Assembly: GCF_009834535.1 (NCBI RefSeq)
Contig: NC_045696.1
Span: forward strand, 55,120,001-55,184,000
Reading direction: 5' to 3'
Length of the DNA: 64,000 bases
Source: Camelus ferus
Taxonomy: Eukaryota
The notes under the pieces were generated by a model. It did not search any database. It was given only the letters and a program-made list of their open reading frames with translations, and had not been told where the DNA came from. Made by a program: the position numbers and the translations under genes. Of the stretch, positions 63,787 to 64,000 are shown piece by piece; position 1 is the first letter of the stretch, and the number at the start of each line of letters is the position of its first letter.

Positions 63787-64000
63787 GTAAGAGCTAGAAG
63801 TACATTTTATAATGAATCAAAGGCCAGAAATTAAAAATAGCCCCTTCAAGAAGTAGGCCTTCCTCTTGAGAAGTTGATCAGGCAATAAGCACACGTGCAA
63901 AGATATTCCCCCACACCGCGTTAGGGGCTGAGGGTTACGGAGAGGCCTGCCCGCTCCCTGCTCTTGAAGAATTTTTTATCTAGAACCAAAGTGTCCCAGA

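Noticed and set aside
1..64000. CRISPR arrays, operons, rRNA or other prokaryotic systems
   Set aside because: The sequence is mammalian and repeat-rich, with no spacer-repeat arrays, dense coding regions or rRNA-like segments.

Overview
Eutherian, almost certainly camelid, genomic DNA. It carries a tRNA-Ala-derived Vic-1-type SINE and camelid/cetartiodactyl-style L1 3' ends. The window is AT-rich, CpG-depleted and dominated by old interspersed repeats (L1, L2, MIR, MaLR/ERVL/ERV1 LTRs, hAT MITEs), i.e. intergenic or deep intronic sequence. No full-length protein-coding gene is visible; the ORFs in the track are chance ORFs or decayed L1 ORF2 pieces. The most notable items are: (1) a young-looking, CpG-rich 311-bp solo LTR with a perfect 5-bp TSD at 55571-55881; (2) a minus-strand candidate first coding exon (29568->29493, MAATSHPPSRSRTESPVAQPNEKPP) in an E-box-rich island, which splices in frame to a candidate 25-nt microexon at 20088->20064; (3) an ambiguous exon-like island at about 63650-63790; (4) nested and micro-insertions with readable TSDs, and a 56-bp tandem duplication. 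Repeat family names come from my recall of consensus sequences, not from a database search, and boundaries are approximate unless a TSD is quoted.
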